Under the pieces are notes generated by a model, which searched no databases, was not told the origin of the DNA, and worked only from the letters and a program-made list of their open reading frames with translations. From positions 126,022,011 through 126,086,010 of the forward strand of contig NC_068984.1 of the NCBI RefSeq assembly GCF_001194135.2: DNA of 64,000 nt, written 5' to 3'. Shown here piece by piece: positions 11,675-23,667 of this stretch (its first letter is position 1; every line of letters starts with the position of its first letter). This DNA comes from Octopus bimaculoides (taxonomy: Eukaryota). The position numbers and the translations under genes were made by a program.

Positions 11675-12104
11675 AGGAGTGGCTGTGTGGTAAGTAGCTT
11701 GCTTATCANNNNNNNNNNNNNNNNNNNNNNNNNNNNNNNNNNNNNNNNNNNNNNNNNNNNNNNNNNNNNNNNNNNNNNNNNNNNNNNNNNNNNNNNNNNN
11801 NNNNNNNGTGGGTGGATTTGGTAGATGGAAACTGAAAGAAGCCCGTCGTATATATGTATATATATATATATGTATGTGTGTGTCTGTGTTTGTACCCCCC
11901 CCCCAACATCGCTTGACAACCGATGCTGGTGTGTTTACGTCCCCGTAACTTAGTGGTTCGGCAAAAAGAGACCGATAGAATAAGTACTAGGCTTCCAAAG
12001 AATAAGTCCTGGGGTCGATTTGCTCAACTAAAGGTGGTGCTCCAGCATGCCCACAGTTAAATGACTGAAACAAGTAAAAGAGAGAGAGAGAGAGTAAAAG
12101 AGAG
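11675..12104 (+). mobile_element. SINE family A (partly in gap)
   Basis: Head aggagtggctgtgtggtaagtagcttgctta; body and tail gtaaaagagagag..gagtaaaagag are intact after the N run. Confidence 0.92.
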
Positions 12105-12904
12105 AGTACCACACCTAATCTGAGATCCATAATTACCATCACAAACAAATGCAAGCTCCAACACCAATCCTTGGAACACCTAAACTCTCACACTGCACCC
12201 CAAATTAACCCACATATTAGCAATAACACAACCCTTAGTAACCCCACTCAATCAAATAATACCAAACTCAAGCCATCATCCCACAATCCTACCTATGCAA
12301 CAACAAATGCTAGCTGCAATACCACCTCCCAATCCAATAGTAACACAGTTTGCACTTTAGCTTCTCTCCCACTAACAATGAACCAATGGATCTCAACCTC
12401 ACTAGCAGTAAGCCTCAACCATGGAGCAGGTAGGAAAACTTGCAATTGTTGGGTTTCCTAACTATGCTCTCTTGGAGACTACTGTCTATGTAAAAATGTA
12501 GTTTACAAGTGCCGTGTTATAATATTCATCCTGTGACGTTCTAATCACATGTCCATAGTAATGGGGCTGTGACTTCTCAATGCAGAGGAGTTGAAGTCTG
12601 AGCAGGAAAGACTTCCCGATCCCTAAACTACTCACCATTGAGTAATGTTACACCAGAGATCCTTTGGAGGACCACCATTTTGGCCTTTTTATAAGGAACC
12701 CCTTTTTATGACAGCTAAGTGAACATTTGATGGAGATTTGGATGCAGTTTCTAGCATACCTTGTCTTCAAAAAAAAAAACACGTTTTATAATGATAGGGA
12801 AGATAGGATCAAGATGTTTATGGATAGAACTGTTTTGATCCTTCAGTCTGTTTGATCATAGCTAACCTAGAGCTAAACAATAATAATAATAATTGCCTCT
12901 GAAA

Positions 12905-13770
12905 TAGGGACAAGTTCACAAGTTTGGGGAACGAGGATTAATCAATTAAATTGGCTTGAATACTAAGCTGTTACTTTGCTTTATTGACCCAGGTGGACCT
13001 TGGTGGGATTTGAACTCAGAACATAAAAATCCAGTGCAAATATCACAAGGCATTTTATCCAACACTTTAATGATTCTGTCAATTTATTATCCTAACAACG
13101 ATAATAATGGCTTCTGGTTTAGATACAAAGCCAACAGTTTTGAGGAGAGGGTATTAGTCAATACCATCAACCCCCAGTATTTAACTGGTACTTTATTTTA
13201 TGGACTATGGAGAGATGAAAAGCAAAATTGACCATGCTAGGATTTGAACTCAGAGCATAAATAGCCAAACTAAATGCTGCAAAATACTGAATGATTTTGA
13301 AAATCCATTGCTCTAACAACAATAATAATAAGCTTTAAATTTTGGCAATTTTAAGGAAGTGGGTAAGTTAATTATATCAACCCCGGTGCTCAACAGGTAC
13401 TTATTTTATCAACCCTGAAAGAATGAAAGGCAAAGTTGACTTCAGCAAGATTTGAACCCAAAACGTAAAGCCAGAAGAAATGCTGTTAAGCATTTTGTCC
13501 AGCATGCTAACGATTCTATCAGCTGACCACCACAAACAATTATAATTCTTTCTACTATAGGCAAAGGCCTGAAAATTTGTGAGGAAGAGCTAGTTGATTA
13601 CAATGGCCCCAATGCTCAACTGGGGCTTATTTTATTGACCCCCTCCCATTGGGGTGAAAAACAAAGTTGACATCAGTAGGATTTGAACTCAGAATGAAAA
13701 GAGAGAGCGGAAATGCTATTAAGCATTTTCTCCAATGTGCAAACAATTCTGGCAGCTTGCTACCTTCTAA
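12905..13770 (-). mobile_element. Tandem cluster of four diverged SINE family B copies
   Basis: The motif gatttgaactcaga/gatttgaaccca occurs four times (about 13007, 13241, 13449, 13680), each within a family B copy, separated by short (AAT)n spacers. Confidence 0.8.
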
Positions 13771-13863
13771 CAATAATAATAACAACAACAGTAATAACTC
13801 TAGCCACAGCATGGACAAAGCATCTGTGGTTATGAAATAAATATAGTAACTAACATCATTTAC

Positions 13864-14269
13864 CTTTCATATAGATTATGTTGGAGTCATGCTCTGTTAA
13901 CTTCCGTCTTTCATCTCGTAGCTTATAAGTGGTCTTGGTACATTTATTACGGCAAGGCCGCCCAGTACAACAGCAATGGCAGTGTTTGCACGAACTTAGC
14001 AGCAACAATTCTGTTGTTCGAATGCAATAGAATAGAAGTAAAGCTAATCCAAACAGAATGATCACAATTAGGATTAAGACTGGTATAATCCAAATTAGAT
14101 CAAGATTTGTGATCAATTCTTTGTGACTCGTCGTTGTTGTTGTTGTCGTTTTGGGGATTAAAGTCTGTGAGACATTGGTGTTGGCCTGAAGCCAGGCAAT
14201 TGACATATTGCTCATAGTAGTATGATTGACAGGTGTAAGATGAAGAGTTATAATGTTTTCTGAATCCAT
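13864..14269 (-). CDS. Probable coding exon of a small single-pass (type III) membrane protein
   Basis: Kozak-like gccATGG at 14269, preceded by acceptor tttcatttctgtag| (exon start 14353; in-frame upstream TGA). MDSENIITLHLTPVNHTTMSNMSIAWLQANTNVSQ..KTTTTTTTS..LIWIIPVLILIVIILFGLALLLFYCI..CKHCHCCCTGRPCRNKC..; donor AAG|gtaaat at 13863, or stop at 13856 if unspliced. Confidence 0.65.
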
Positions 14270-14880
14270 GGCTATAAATGTGACTGTATATTCCTTCAGG
14301 TAAAATGGTGCCAAGTGTGAAAGATTTATTCAATTAAGTTTTGATTGGTGAACCTACAGAAATGAAACAAAGCAGAGTATAACAAAAGGATTCAGTTGTT
14401 AATCACAAAAAGTACGGTATAATATATATATAAATACGTCATATTGTTGACAATCCCTGGGAAGAGCTTAGTTTAAATACTAATGTCTAAAAAGGAAAAT
14501 CATAGTCAATGTGATGTTTATATTTAACCAATTTAACTACAATTGACACAAGTCAAATTTATTATTTTACAGGTGGTGCTGTCTTTTCGTAAATAGATTT
14601 GTCGGATGGTGATAATTAACAAAAGTAATCATCTAAAATTATAGAAATTATCAATAATTATCAGACATTAGTCTAACTGCACATTTGTTCTACTACTATA
14701 AAAACCATCCTTTACTATCCCATGTCATTGTAATTCATTGTAATTCATTGCACACCACAGTGACGTATAGCATGGGTTGGCCACCCAATGCAATAACCAA
14801 ATTAGCCACCCTCTTCCTTAAATATAATACACCTCTGATAACAGCAAACATATGTTTATAATGTGTCTACCCTGTACAGT

Positions 14881-14940
14881 CCACCTACACAACACCACTG
14901 ATGGTTGGTCCACCTACACAACACCACTGATGGTTGGTCC
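14881..14940 (+). repeat. Perfect 29-bp tandem duplication
   Basis: ccacctacacaacaccactgatggttggt twice (14881, 14910). Confidence 0.95.
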
Positions 14941-15039
14941 ACATTACTCTGTAAGGAAAATAGGGCCGGATTCCCCATTTCTCTAGTGTATATCTTCATC
15001 GCTGAGTGGGACACTGGTCCATCACAGAATTATTCATTT

Positions 15040-15177
15040 TTACCAGCTGAGTGGATTGGAGCAATGTGAAACGAAGTGTTTTGCTCAAGAACACAACGCA
15101 TCGCCCAGTCCAGGAATCGAAACCACAATCTTATGATCATGAGTCCAACACCCTAACCACTAAGGCACACACCTCTT
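15040..15177 (-). mobile_element. tRNA-headed SINE (family D) 5' part
   Basis: Reverse complement: gtgtgccttagtggttagggtgttggactcatgatcataagattgtggtttcgattcctggactgggcgatgcgttgtgttcttgagcaaaacactt (A and B boxes); homologous to 57481-57596. Confidence 0.8.
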
Positions 15178-16217
15178 GGTATACATACCATCAGCTTGGC
15201 ATATATACCATCAAGGCCATCAAGAACCACCTTCTTAATGGGCCAGGTTTCATAGAGAAGAATGCTCTCTCTATGACGAAACCTGGAAACCTCATTCAAA
15301 TGCTCGTAACAGAATGCTCTATGGAGCCAAAATTGAATCCAACACCATAACCACTAAGCCAAGCACCTCTATTGACAAACAACCATAATTTATCTCAGCT
15401 GTACCTACCACCAACTGCTTCCCCACCATGTTTATATTACTAATGACTGTACAGCACAACCAGATAGTGCACCACCTCAAGTGTGACATTCTACCTTCTA
15501 GGACAGTGATCCTCAGCCACTTTTTTTTTTTACCTAAAGACCTCCTTGATTCCTATTCTGTTATTACTGGACTCCCATAGCCATTCAATGTTTAAAAAGA
15601 ATCCTATTGTATTTTTATAATTAAATATTATCTAAATTTTTTTTTAAATTGTTAAAATATTTTGTGTATTGTAGAAATAGAATCAATTTCTTGTACATAA
15701 ATTTTAACAACAAAATCTTATATGGACCCCTGTTGAGGACAACTGTTCTAGGGTACCAAACTCAACCAACCACATTTGCAACCAGCCCTAAGTTTCACTT
15801 CCCACTCTCACCACACTCCTCTATGTTGAGATGAGCAAATGAATTACTAAACTAACCACAGCATGAATGNNNNNNNNNNNNNNNNNNNNNNNNNNNNNNN
15901 NNNNNNNNNNNNNNNNNNNNNNNNNNNNNNNNNNNNNNNNNNNNNNNNNNNNNNNNNNNNNNNNNNNNNNNNNNNNNNNNNNNNNNNNNNNNNNNNNNNN
16001 NNNNNNNNNNNNNNNNNNNNNNNNNNNNNNNNNNNNNNNNNNNNNNNNNNNNNNNNNNNNNNNNNNNNNNNNNNNNNNNNNNNNNNNNNNNNNNNNNNNN
16101 NNNNNNNNNNNNNNNNNNNNNNNNNNNNNNNNNNNNNNNNNNNNNNNNNNNNNNNNNNNNNNNNNNNNNNNNNNNNNNNNNNNNNNNNNNNNNNNNNNNN
16201 NNNNNNNNNNNNNNNNN

Positions 16218-16254
<37 letters not shown>

Positions 16255-16261
16255 GTATGTA

Positions 16262-16402
16262 TTCGACAGGCTTCTTTCAGTTTCCTTCTACCAAATCCGC
16301 TAACAATGTTTTGGTCAGCCCGAGGCTGACGCTTACCCACAGTGTCACGCAGTGGGACTGAACCTGGAGCTATGTGGTTGGGAAGCAAACTTCTTACGGC
16401 CC
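16262..16402 (-). mobile_element. SINE family A 5' half
   Basis: cttctttcagtttcc.tctaccaaatcc..cacgcagtgggactgaacc..gtggttgggaagcaaacttctta. Confidence 0.85.
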
Positions 16403-17105
16403 ATGTTCTACTCGTAAATATGCAAAAATATCGGACAAAACTTAGAACGCCTTCGATCTTAGTTTTTGCTCAATGACAGTTGACCTGTGGCTAAACAACT
16501 ACCAAAACAATAACAATCCAAATAGTTCCTCCACACAACTAGAACAGGACATAACCCCACACCTGACTCCACCCTAGTAAAACGTCGGTTCTCTCTCCCT
16601 CTCTTTCTCTCTCTCTCCTCCTCCTCATCCTGAGCGTGTCAATTCCCTGTAAATTGCTGGGGGAAGACGAGAGTGGGTCCGGAGACAGCAGTTTGTGGGG
16701 CATGAAACAGTTTACAATTTCAAAAGTCGGTTAAGTCAATCAGCTACGGACAACTGTCCTTAGCACCCGTGACCCAACCCCACCATTTACCACCACCATC
16801 GCCGTCGTCATCGTCGCCTCGCTTCTGCCACTATGTTGCCTGTTTATAGTGACATTAAACTGTCAAACTCTCACCAACTCCACACAGGATGTGAACGCTT
16901 TACTCTTAGCGTTACTTGCACCGTTAATGACATGCAATGGTAAACGGCAGCTTCCTCCAGACAGACATCAAGAATATTCTTACAAGCAGCAGCAGTAATA
17001 ATAGTAGTGGTGATGGTGGAGGCGGCGGTGGTGGCGGAGGAAGATTTGGTGGTGGTATTGGTAGTGGCGGTGGTGGTGATTTAGCGGTGGTGATGGCATT
17101 GGCAA

Positions 17106-17170
<65 letters not shown>

Positions 17171-17944
17171 ATGACGGTAGTGGTGGTGGTGGTGGTGGCG
17201 GTGGTGTGGTGGTTGCTTTTGTTTCTCTCANNNNNNNNNNNNNNNNNNNNNNNNNNNNNNNNNNNNNNNNNNNNNNNNNNNNNNNNNNNNNNNNNNNNNN
17301 NNNNNNNNNNNNNNNNNNNNNNNNNNNNNNNNNNNNNNNNNNNNNNNNNNNNNNNNNNNNNNNNNNNNNNNNNNNNNNNNNNNNNNNNNNNNNNNNNNNN
17401 NNNNNNNNNNNNNNNNNNNNNNNNNNNNNNNNNNNNNNNNNNNNNNNNNNNNNNNNNNNNNNNNNNNNNNNNNNNNNNNNNNNNNNNNNNNNNNNNNNNN
17501 NNNNNNNNNNNNNNNNNNNNNNNNNNNNNNNNNNNNNNNNNNNNNNNNNNNNNNNNNNNNNNNNNNNNNNNNNNNNNNNNNNNNNNNNNNNNNNNNNNNN
17601 NNNNNNNNNNNNNNNNNNNNNNNNNNNNNNNNNNNNNNNNNNNNNNNNNNNNNNNNNNNNNNNNNNNNNNNNNNNNNNNNNNNNNNNNNNNNNNNNNNNN
17701 NNNNNNNNNNNNNNNNNNNNNNNNNNNNNNNNNNNNNNNNNNNNNNNNNNNNNNNNNNNNNNNNNNNNNNNNNNNNNNNNNNNNNNNNNNNNNNNNNNNN
17801 NNNNNNNNNNNNNNNNNNNNNNNNNNNNNNNNNNNNNNNNNNNNNNNNNNNNNNNNNNNNNNNNNNNNNNNNNNNNNNNNNNNNNNNNNNNNNNNNNNNN
17901 NNNNNNNNNNNNNNNNNNNNNNNNNNNNNNNNNNNNNNNNNNNN

Positions 17945-18297
17945 TCCGGGTTCAGTCCCACTGCGTGGCACCTTGGGCAAGTGTCTTCTACTATAGCCTC
18001 GGGCCGACCAAAGCCTTGTGAGTAGATTTGGTAGACGGAAACTGAAAGAAGCCCGTCGTATATATGTATATTATATGTATGTATGTGTGTTTGTGTGTCT
18101 GTTTGTCCCCCCACCATCGTTTGACAACCGATGCTGGTGTGTTTACGTCCCCGAAACCTAGCAGTTCGGCAAAAAGAGACTGATAGAATAAGTACTAGGC
18201 TTACAAAGAATAAGTCCTGGGGTCGATTTGCTCGACTAAAAGCGGTGCTCCAGCATGGCCGCAGTCAAATGATTGAAACAAGTAAAAGAGTAAAGAG
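17945..18297 (+). mobile_element. SINE family A, young copy
   Basis: Near-consensus body with tail gtaaaagagtaaagag. Confidence 0.93.
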
Positions 18298-18300
18298 TAT

Positions 18301-18560
18301 ACCAACACCGGTTGTCAAGCGGTGGTGGGGAACAAACATAGACACAAAGACATATATATATACACGCACGCACACACATACACATACACACACATACACT
18401 CACGACGGGCTGCTTTCAGTTTCCATCTACTAAATCTACTCACAAGGCTTTGGTCGACCCGAGGCTATAGTAGAAGATACTTGCCCAAAGTATCACACAG
18501 TAAGACTGAACCCGGGGCCATGTGGTTGGGAAGCAAGCTTCTTACCGCACACCCACGCCT
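18301..18560 (-). mobile_element. SINE family A lacking its 3' third, tail-to-tail with the previous copy
   Basis: accggttgtcaagcggtggtgggg..[CA]..ctttcagtttccatctactaaatctactcacaaggcttt..gtggttgggaagcaagcttcttacc. Confidence 0.88.
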
Positions 18561-18699
18561 GTGTTCATTTTTATTCTGTAAGTGTCCACGATACTCGATT
18601 GTCAACAGTGCGTGCAACATCGTTATTCCTCCATGTGCCTGTGAAATCTTTTATCCCTGCCGTAAGGCTTTATTTCCATATACGCCAGTTTAATTTAAT

Positions 18700-19050
18700 T
18701 CGTCCTTAGTCGAAAGACATCTGTTGTTATATCCTGTTATTATTTTTATTGTATTTGTGTAACATTGTTCGTTTTTTTACCGTCCTTGTTTTTGTATACA
18801 TTCGCTGCTTTCTTCCAAGGAATCTAATGCTCTTAGCTTAGTTTTTCCTTGGGGCTGGGCAGATTGCAGCAATATCGAGAATAACCAGCCGAAATTGCAA
18901 GGATAATCTGGATCTCGACTGAGGAAAGAAAACTCCGAATGATCTGTTCTTGTTTTCTTTGTATCGTCTATCTGGATGTTTTGTCTCTTTCTTGTATCAC
19001 TTAACTGTCTGGATGTTTTGCGTTCTTGTCCCATTTTGTATTATTTATAT
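18700..19050. repeat. Unclassified dispersed repeat
   Basis: gaaagaaaactccgaatgatctgttcttgttttctttgtatcgtcta recurs in diverged form at about 25581-25680. Confidence 0.55.
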
Positions 19051-19099
19051 ATATATATAATTATAATAGGTGTCACAGTTTGATATAGTTCACGTTCAC

Positions 19100-19470
19100 T
19101 GGATTCCAAGCAAAACTGTCAGCAATGCAGTCTAACTAATTGTAAATGGATACCACAATGCACCGTGTCCATGTCCAAGATACTCAACTGTCAACTGCTT
19201 AGTCTCCCTAGTTGTGAGTAGATATCACAATGTAGTTGTAGTTAAACTGTACTATGTCCATGTCTAAGACACTTCATTGTTAGCAGTCCGGTCCAACTAG
19301 CTGTAAGTACCACAATACGATTGCAGTTTACTGTACTTTGTCCATGACTAAGACAACTACCAAAAGTTCAGTTAACTTACGTAGCTGTATATAAGTATCA
19401 TTGTGTGGTCATAGTTCTCCACACTCTGTCCACGAAAGGACACTTTACTGTTGTCTGTCTAAGTCCACCA
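19100..19470 (+). repeat. Degenerate ~87-bp tandem repeat (about 4 units)
   Basis: Anchor tgtccatgtc(c/t)aaga(c/t)ac at 19166, 19255 and 19339, and tgtccacgaaaggacac at 19427. Confidence 0.7.
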
Positions 19471-19526
19471 AAGCTAGCTTCCACAGGGAAAACCTTCACA
19501 CAAATTGATATAATCATTTTTGTACA

Positions 19527-19735
19527 GGGCGAGCTGGCAGAATCGTTAGCGCGCTGGACGAGAGGCTTAGTGATATTTTGCCCGTCGCTACGTTCTGAGT
19601 TCAAATTCAGCCGAGGTCGACTTTGCTTTTCATCCTTTCTGGGTTGATGAAATAAGTACCAGTTGAACATTGGGTCGATGTAATCAACTAGTCTCCTTCT
19701 CCAAAATTTCAAGCCTTGTGCCTATAGTAAAAGGG

Positions 19736-19789
<54 letters not shown>

Positions 19790-20880
19790 GCGGTGAGCTG
19801 GCAGAACCGTTAGCGCGCTGGACGGAATGCTTAGCGGTATTTCGCCCATCGTTACGTTCTGAGTTCAAACTCCGTCGAGGTCGACTTTGCCTTTCATCCT
19901 TTCGGAGTCGATGAAATAACTACCCAAAATTTCAGGCCTTGTGCCTACAGCTGAAAAGATTATTACAGCTTCTTTGAAAGCGGTGAGCTGGCAGAATCGG
20001 CAGCACGTTGGAAGAAATGCTTAGCGGTATTTCGTCCGTCGTTACGTTCCGAGTTCAAATTCCGCCGAGGTTGGCTTTACATTTCCTCTTTTCATCATAG
20101 ATAAATTAAGTACCAGTTGAGTCCTGGGATCGATTACATCGACTTAACCGCTCCTCCGAAATTCCTAGCCTTGTGCCAAAACTTGAAACCATTATTACAG
20201 CTTCTGTTAAGGTGGTGAGCTGGCAGAATCGTTAGCATGTCGGCGAAATGCTTAGCGGTATTTCGTCTGCCGTGACGTTCTGAGTTCAAATTCCGCCGAG
20301 GTCGACTTTGCCTTTCATACTTTCGGGGGTCGATAAATTAAGTACCAGTTACGCACTGGGGTCGATGTAATCGACTTAATCCGTTTGTCTGTCCTTGTTT
20401 GTCCCCTCTGCGTGTAGCCTCTTGTGGGCAGTAAAGAAATAAGAATCGTTAGTATGTCGGACAAAATACTTAGTGGCATTTCGTTCGTCTTTATACTCTG
20501 AATTCAAATTTCGCTGAAGTCGACTTTGCTTTTAATATTTTTGGGGTCGATAAAATACGTACCAGTTGAGTACTGGGGTCAATATAATTGACTGACCTCT
20601 TCTCCGAAAATTTCAGGCCTTGTGCTTATAATAGAAAGGATTGCTACAGCTACTGTTAAGGTGGAAAGTCGGCAGAATCGTTAGCACATCGGACGAAATG
20701 CTAAACGACGTTTAGCCGTCTTTATAACCTGAGTTCGAATTCCGCTGTGGTCAACTTTGCTTTTTATCTTTTCGGGGTTGGGGAAATGAGTACCAGTTGC
20801 ACAGTGGAGACAATGTAATCGACAAGTCAACTCCCACCAAATTTCGGACCTTTTGCCTATCGTAGAAAGGGTTATTGCAA
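19527..20880 (+). mobile_element. Head-to-tail array of six SINE family B copies
   Basis: Heads (g)agctggcagaa(t/c)cgttagc at about 19530, 19795, 19985, 20216, 20443 (partial) and 20665; shared linker att(a/g)(t/c)tacagct(t/a)ct(g/t)t(t/g)aa between several units. Confidence 0.9.
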
Positions 20881-20917
20881 CTAGTGTTCATCTGAACTAA
20901 CAAACTGTGTTCTAGGT

Positions 20918-21212
20918 CAGGGGTTTTCAAACTGTGGTCCGCGGACCACAGGGGGTCCGCAAGGACAAGACAGGGGGTCGGTAGACAGCAAATACTTTTA
21001 TGGGCAATTTGATTTTATATATGTTTTTTAATCGAAATCCTTTAATTGACAATAAACCTATTTGTTAAATACTGTTAAATAAATAAATGTAAAAATATAT
21101 GTTATTTTAAGCAAATATTTATGTATAAATTTCATAAGCGTTTATAAGGGGTCCCTAAGGTAAAGCCTGAAATATAAAGGGATCCGCAAGTCAAAAAGTT
21201 TGAAAACCCCTG
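20918..21212. mobile_element. hAT (Charlie-like) MITE, 295 bp
   Basis: 15-bp TIR CAGGGGTTTTCAAAC / GTTTGAAAACCCCTG; perfect 8-bp TSD ttctaggt at 20910-20917 and 21213-21220. Confidence 0.93.
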
Positions 21213-21664
21213 TTCTAGGTAACCACCTCGACTAATGTACCCCCACTACCACCACCATCATCATCGCGAAATCCTGTATTAAGCACTTTATCTAATCCTT
21301 ACTCATCTGATCCCTAGCAACACTCAGGTCAACTCTATCTCAGCAGACGTCTGATCAAAGGCATTTCAGCCACGACTTTCTCGTGTTTAAACAGGATAGT
21401 CGCAGGGAGAACCAGGTCCACATTATTCAATCAGCCTGTATCTTCTTTTTACAACGGTTGGGTACAGGGTGTGATTTGCAGACGACTTGGCTGCTATTTC
21501 TGGCTGGTCGTGGGACAACGTAAGTGTTGGTTGAATAACAGCGTATACAGAATGACGTTCATTGTGACGTCAAGCAAAATCAAAGACGTTCCAACTATGG
21601 CAATTCTGTCTTCTCTACCCGCCTCTCTTTAGCAAATTCTATTGAGGACTACATTATCTGATAT

Positions 21665-22200
21665 ACTCTTTACTCTTTTACTTGTTTCAGTCATTTGACT
21701 GCGGCCATGCTGGAACACCGCCTTTTAGTCGAGCAAATCGACCCCAGGACTTATTCTTTGGAAGCCTAGTACTTATTCTATCGTCTCTTTTGCCGAACCG
21801 CTAAGTTACGGGGTCGTAAACACACCAGCATCGGTTGTCAAGTGATGTTGGGGGGACAAACACACACACACACACACACACATATANNNNNNNNNNNNNN
21901 NNNNNNNNNNNNNNNNNNNNNNNNNNNNNNNNNNNNNNNNNNNNNNNNNNNNNNNNNNNNNNNNNNNNNNNNNNNNNNNNNNNNNNNNNNNNNNNNNNNN
22001 NNNNNNNNNNNNNNNNNNNNNNNNNNNNNNNNNNNNNNNNNNNNNNNNNNTTCTTTCAGTTTCCGTCTACCAAATCCACTCACAAGGCTTTGGTCGGCCC
22101 GAGGCTATAGTAGAAGACACTTGCCTAAGGTGCCACGCAGTGGGAATGAACCCGGAACCATGTGGTTGGTAAGCAAGCTACTTACCACACAGCCACTCCT
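21665..22200 (-). mobile_element. SINE family A, full length (gap inside the internal microsatellite)
   Basis: Tail ctcttttactcttttacttgtttcagtcatttgactgcggccatgc through to head cttaccacacagccactcct. Confidence 0.93.
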
Positions 22201-22852
22201 ACGCTTATCTTTCATTTTTTTAAAGACAGTAAAGTATGGTTTCAGGAAGATTCGGTTTCTTTCTCTCCCAAATCGAGTGAACCTTTTTTTTATGTTTATT
22301 CCCAAGTCAGCTCTGATCGAGCAGATCTTATAATAAAGAGGAAACCAAGGAACTACGGTGTCCAATTTTTTAAAAACCTTTTCTTCATCATATATGACGG
22401 TAGAATGTTGTTTGGGGAAAATTTGGGAGCTGTCTCTAGCAGATCTAGTAACTAACTACACACAGGATCGTGTACTTGTCTTCTGTTTCATTCATCACAC
22501 AGACAGACAGCACCAGGTGGATATACTTGACTTCTAGGGATGCCAGCTTTAGACAGACACATATGCTTTCGGTTATATTTAGATCAGCATTGCACCCATC
22601 ACAAATACCCCACACAAGATGAAAAGGAGAGGGAAGAAAGTGTGTAGATATATAGAGCAATACTGGAAGCTTATACAAGGTCTTAAATATTTCAGACTGA
22701 CCCTGTAAACAAGTGACCTTTGACCAGCTTGATAAATGATTATTACTTAACGCCCAGATACCAGTATATATTATTTTTGCTTATCTCTGAACTGGAGACT
22801 TCTGTGCAACATAGTCTTAGACAGCAAAGAGGTGCATAGACACTGTCTCCCC

Positions 22853-22940
<88 letters not shown>

Positions 22941-23078
22941 TCACTTTCTCTCTTTCTCCCTCCCTCTCTTTCATACACACGCGCGCGCACACGCGTACGG
23001 AAGCTTCAACGTAAACAGCAACGCGGACTGATAAACAGCTATGATATCAATGGGTGTATATATCTGTCTCCATAGTTC

Positions 23079-23110
<32 letters not shown>

Positions 23111-23350
23111 CATACATGCATACATACTTACATTCGTACATAAGCAAGTCTAGACACGCAACTATGATGAATGCATAAGAATACATACATAAAACAAAGC
23201 ATATAAATCTGCACATGGGCATACATACAAAAATACTCTGCCGATGCTGACATTCCAATGAAGGGTTAGGATTAGGTTAGAAACCTATCCTTTCTCTATT
23301 GGCAAGAAATCTTGAAATTAAACTGAATAATCACACATACACACGTATAA

Positions 23351-23667
23351 AATTGTAGCGTGGAAGGTGGTTACAAGCCTTTTAAAAAACACACAAAAAG
23401 AAAACCGTTAGATTCACTTCAACATTTAAATTTAATGTGTCAAAATATTTTCATCGTTTTGAAACCGCGACCTGTTCACTGACAAAACTTACGTGGTACA
23501 CACGGACTCGAAATTCTGGGTGCTGCATCCCGAAGTTTTGTCAGTGAACATGTGGTTTCAAAGCGACGAAAATATTTAGACACATTAAATTTAAATGTTG
23601 AAATGAAGCTAATGGTTTTCTTTTTTGTGTTTTTAAATGGCTTATAAATACCTTCCACGCTGCAATT
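23351..23667. mobile_element. Foldback element: ~140-bp imperfect inverted arms with a 42-bp spacer
   Basis: Left arm aattgtagcgtggaagg..caacatttaaatttaatgtgtc..tgttcactgacaaaactt (23351-23490) is the reverse complement of the right arm (23533-23667). Confidence 0.85.

Noticed and set aside
12171-12461. 96-aa Asn/Thr/Ser-rich ORF
   Set aside because: Decayed A/C-rich simple sequence; non-ATG start; no splice signals.
19527-20880. Regularly spaced repeats resembling a CRISPR array
   Set aside because: The units are ~200-bp diverged SINEs with no unique spacers, there are no cas genes, and the context is eukaryotic.
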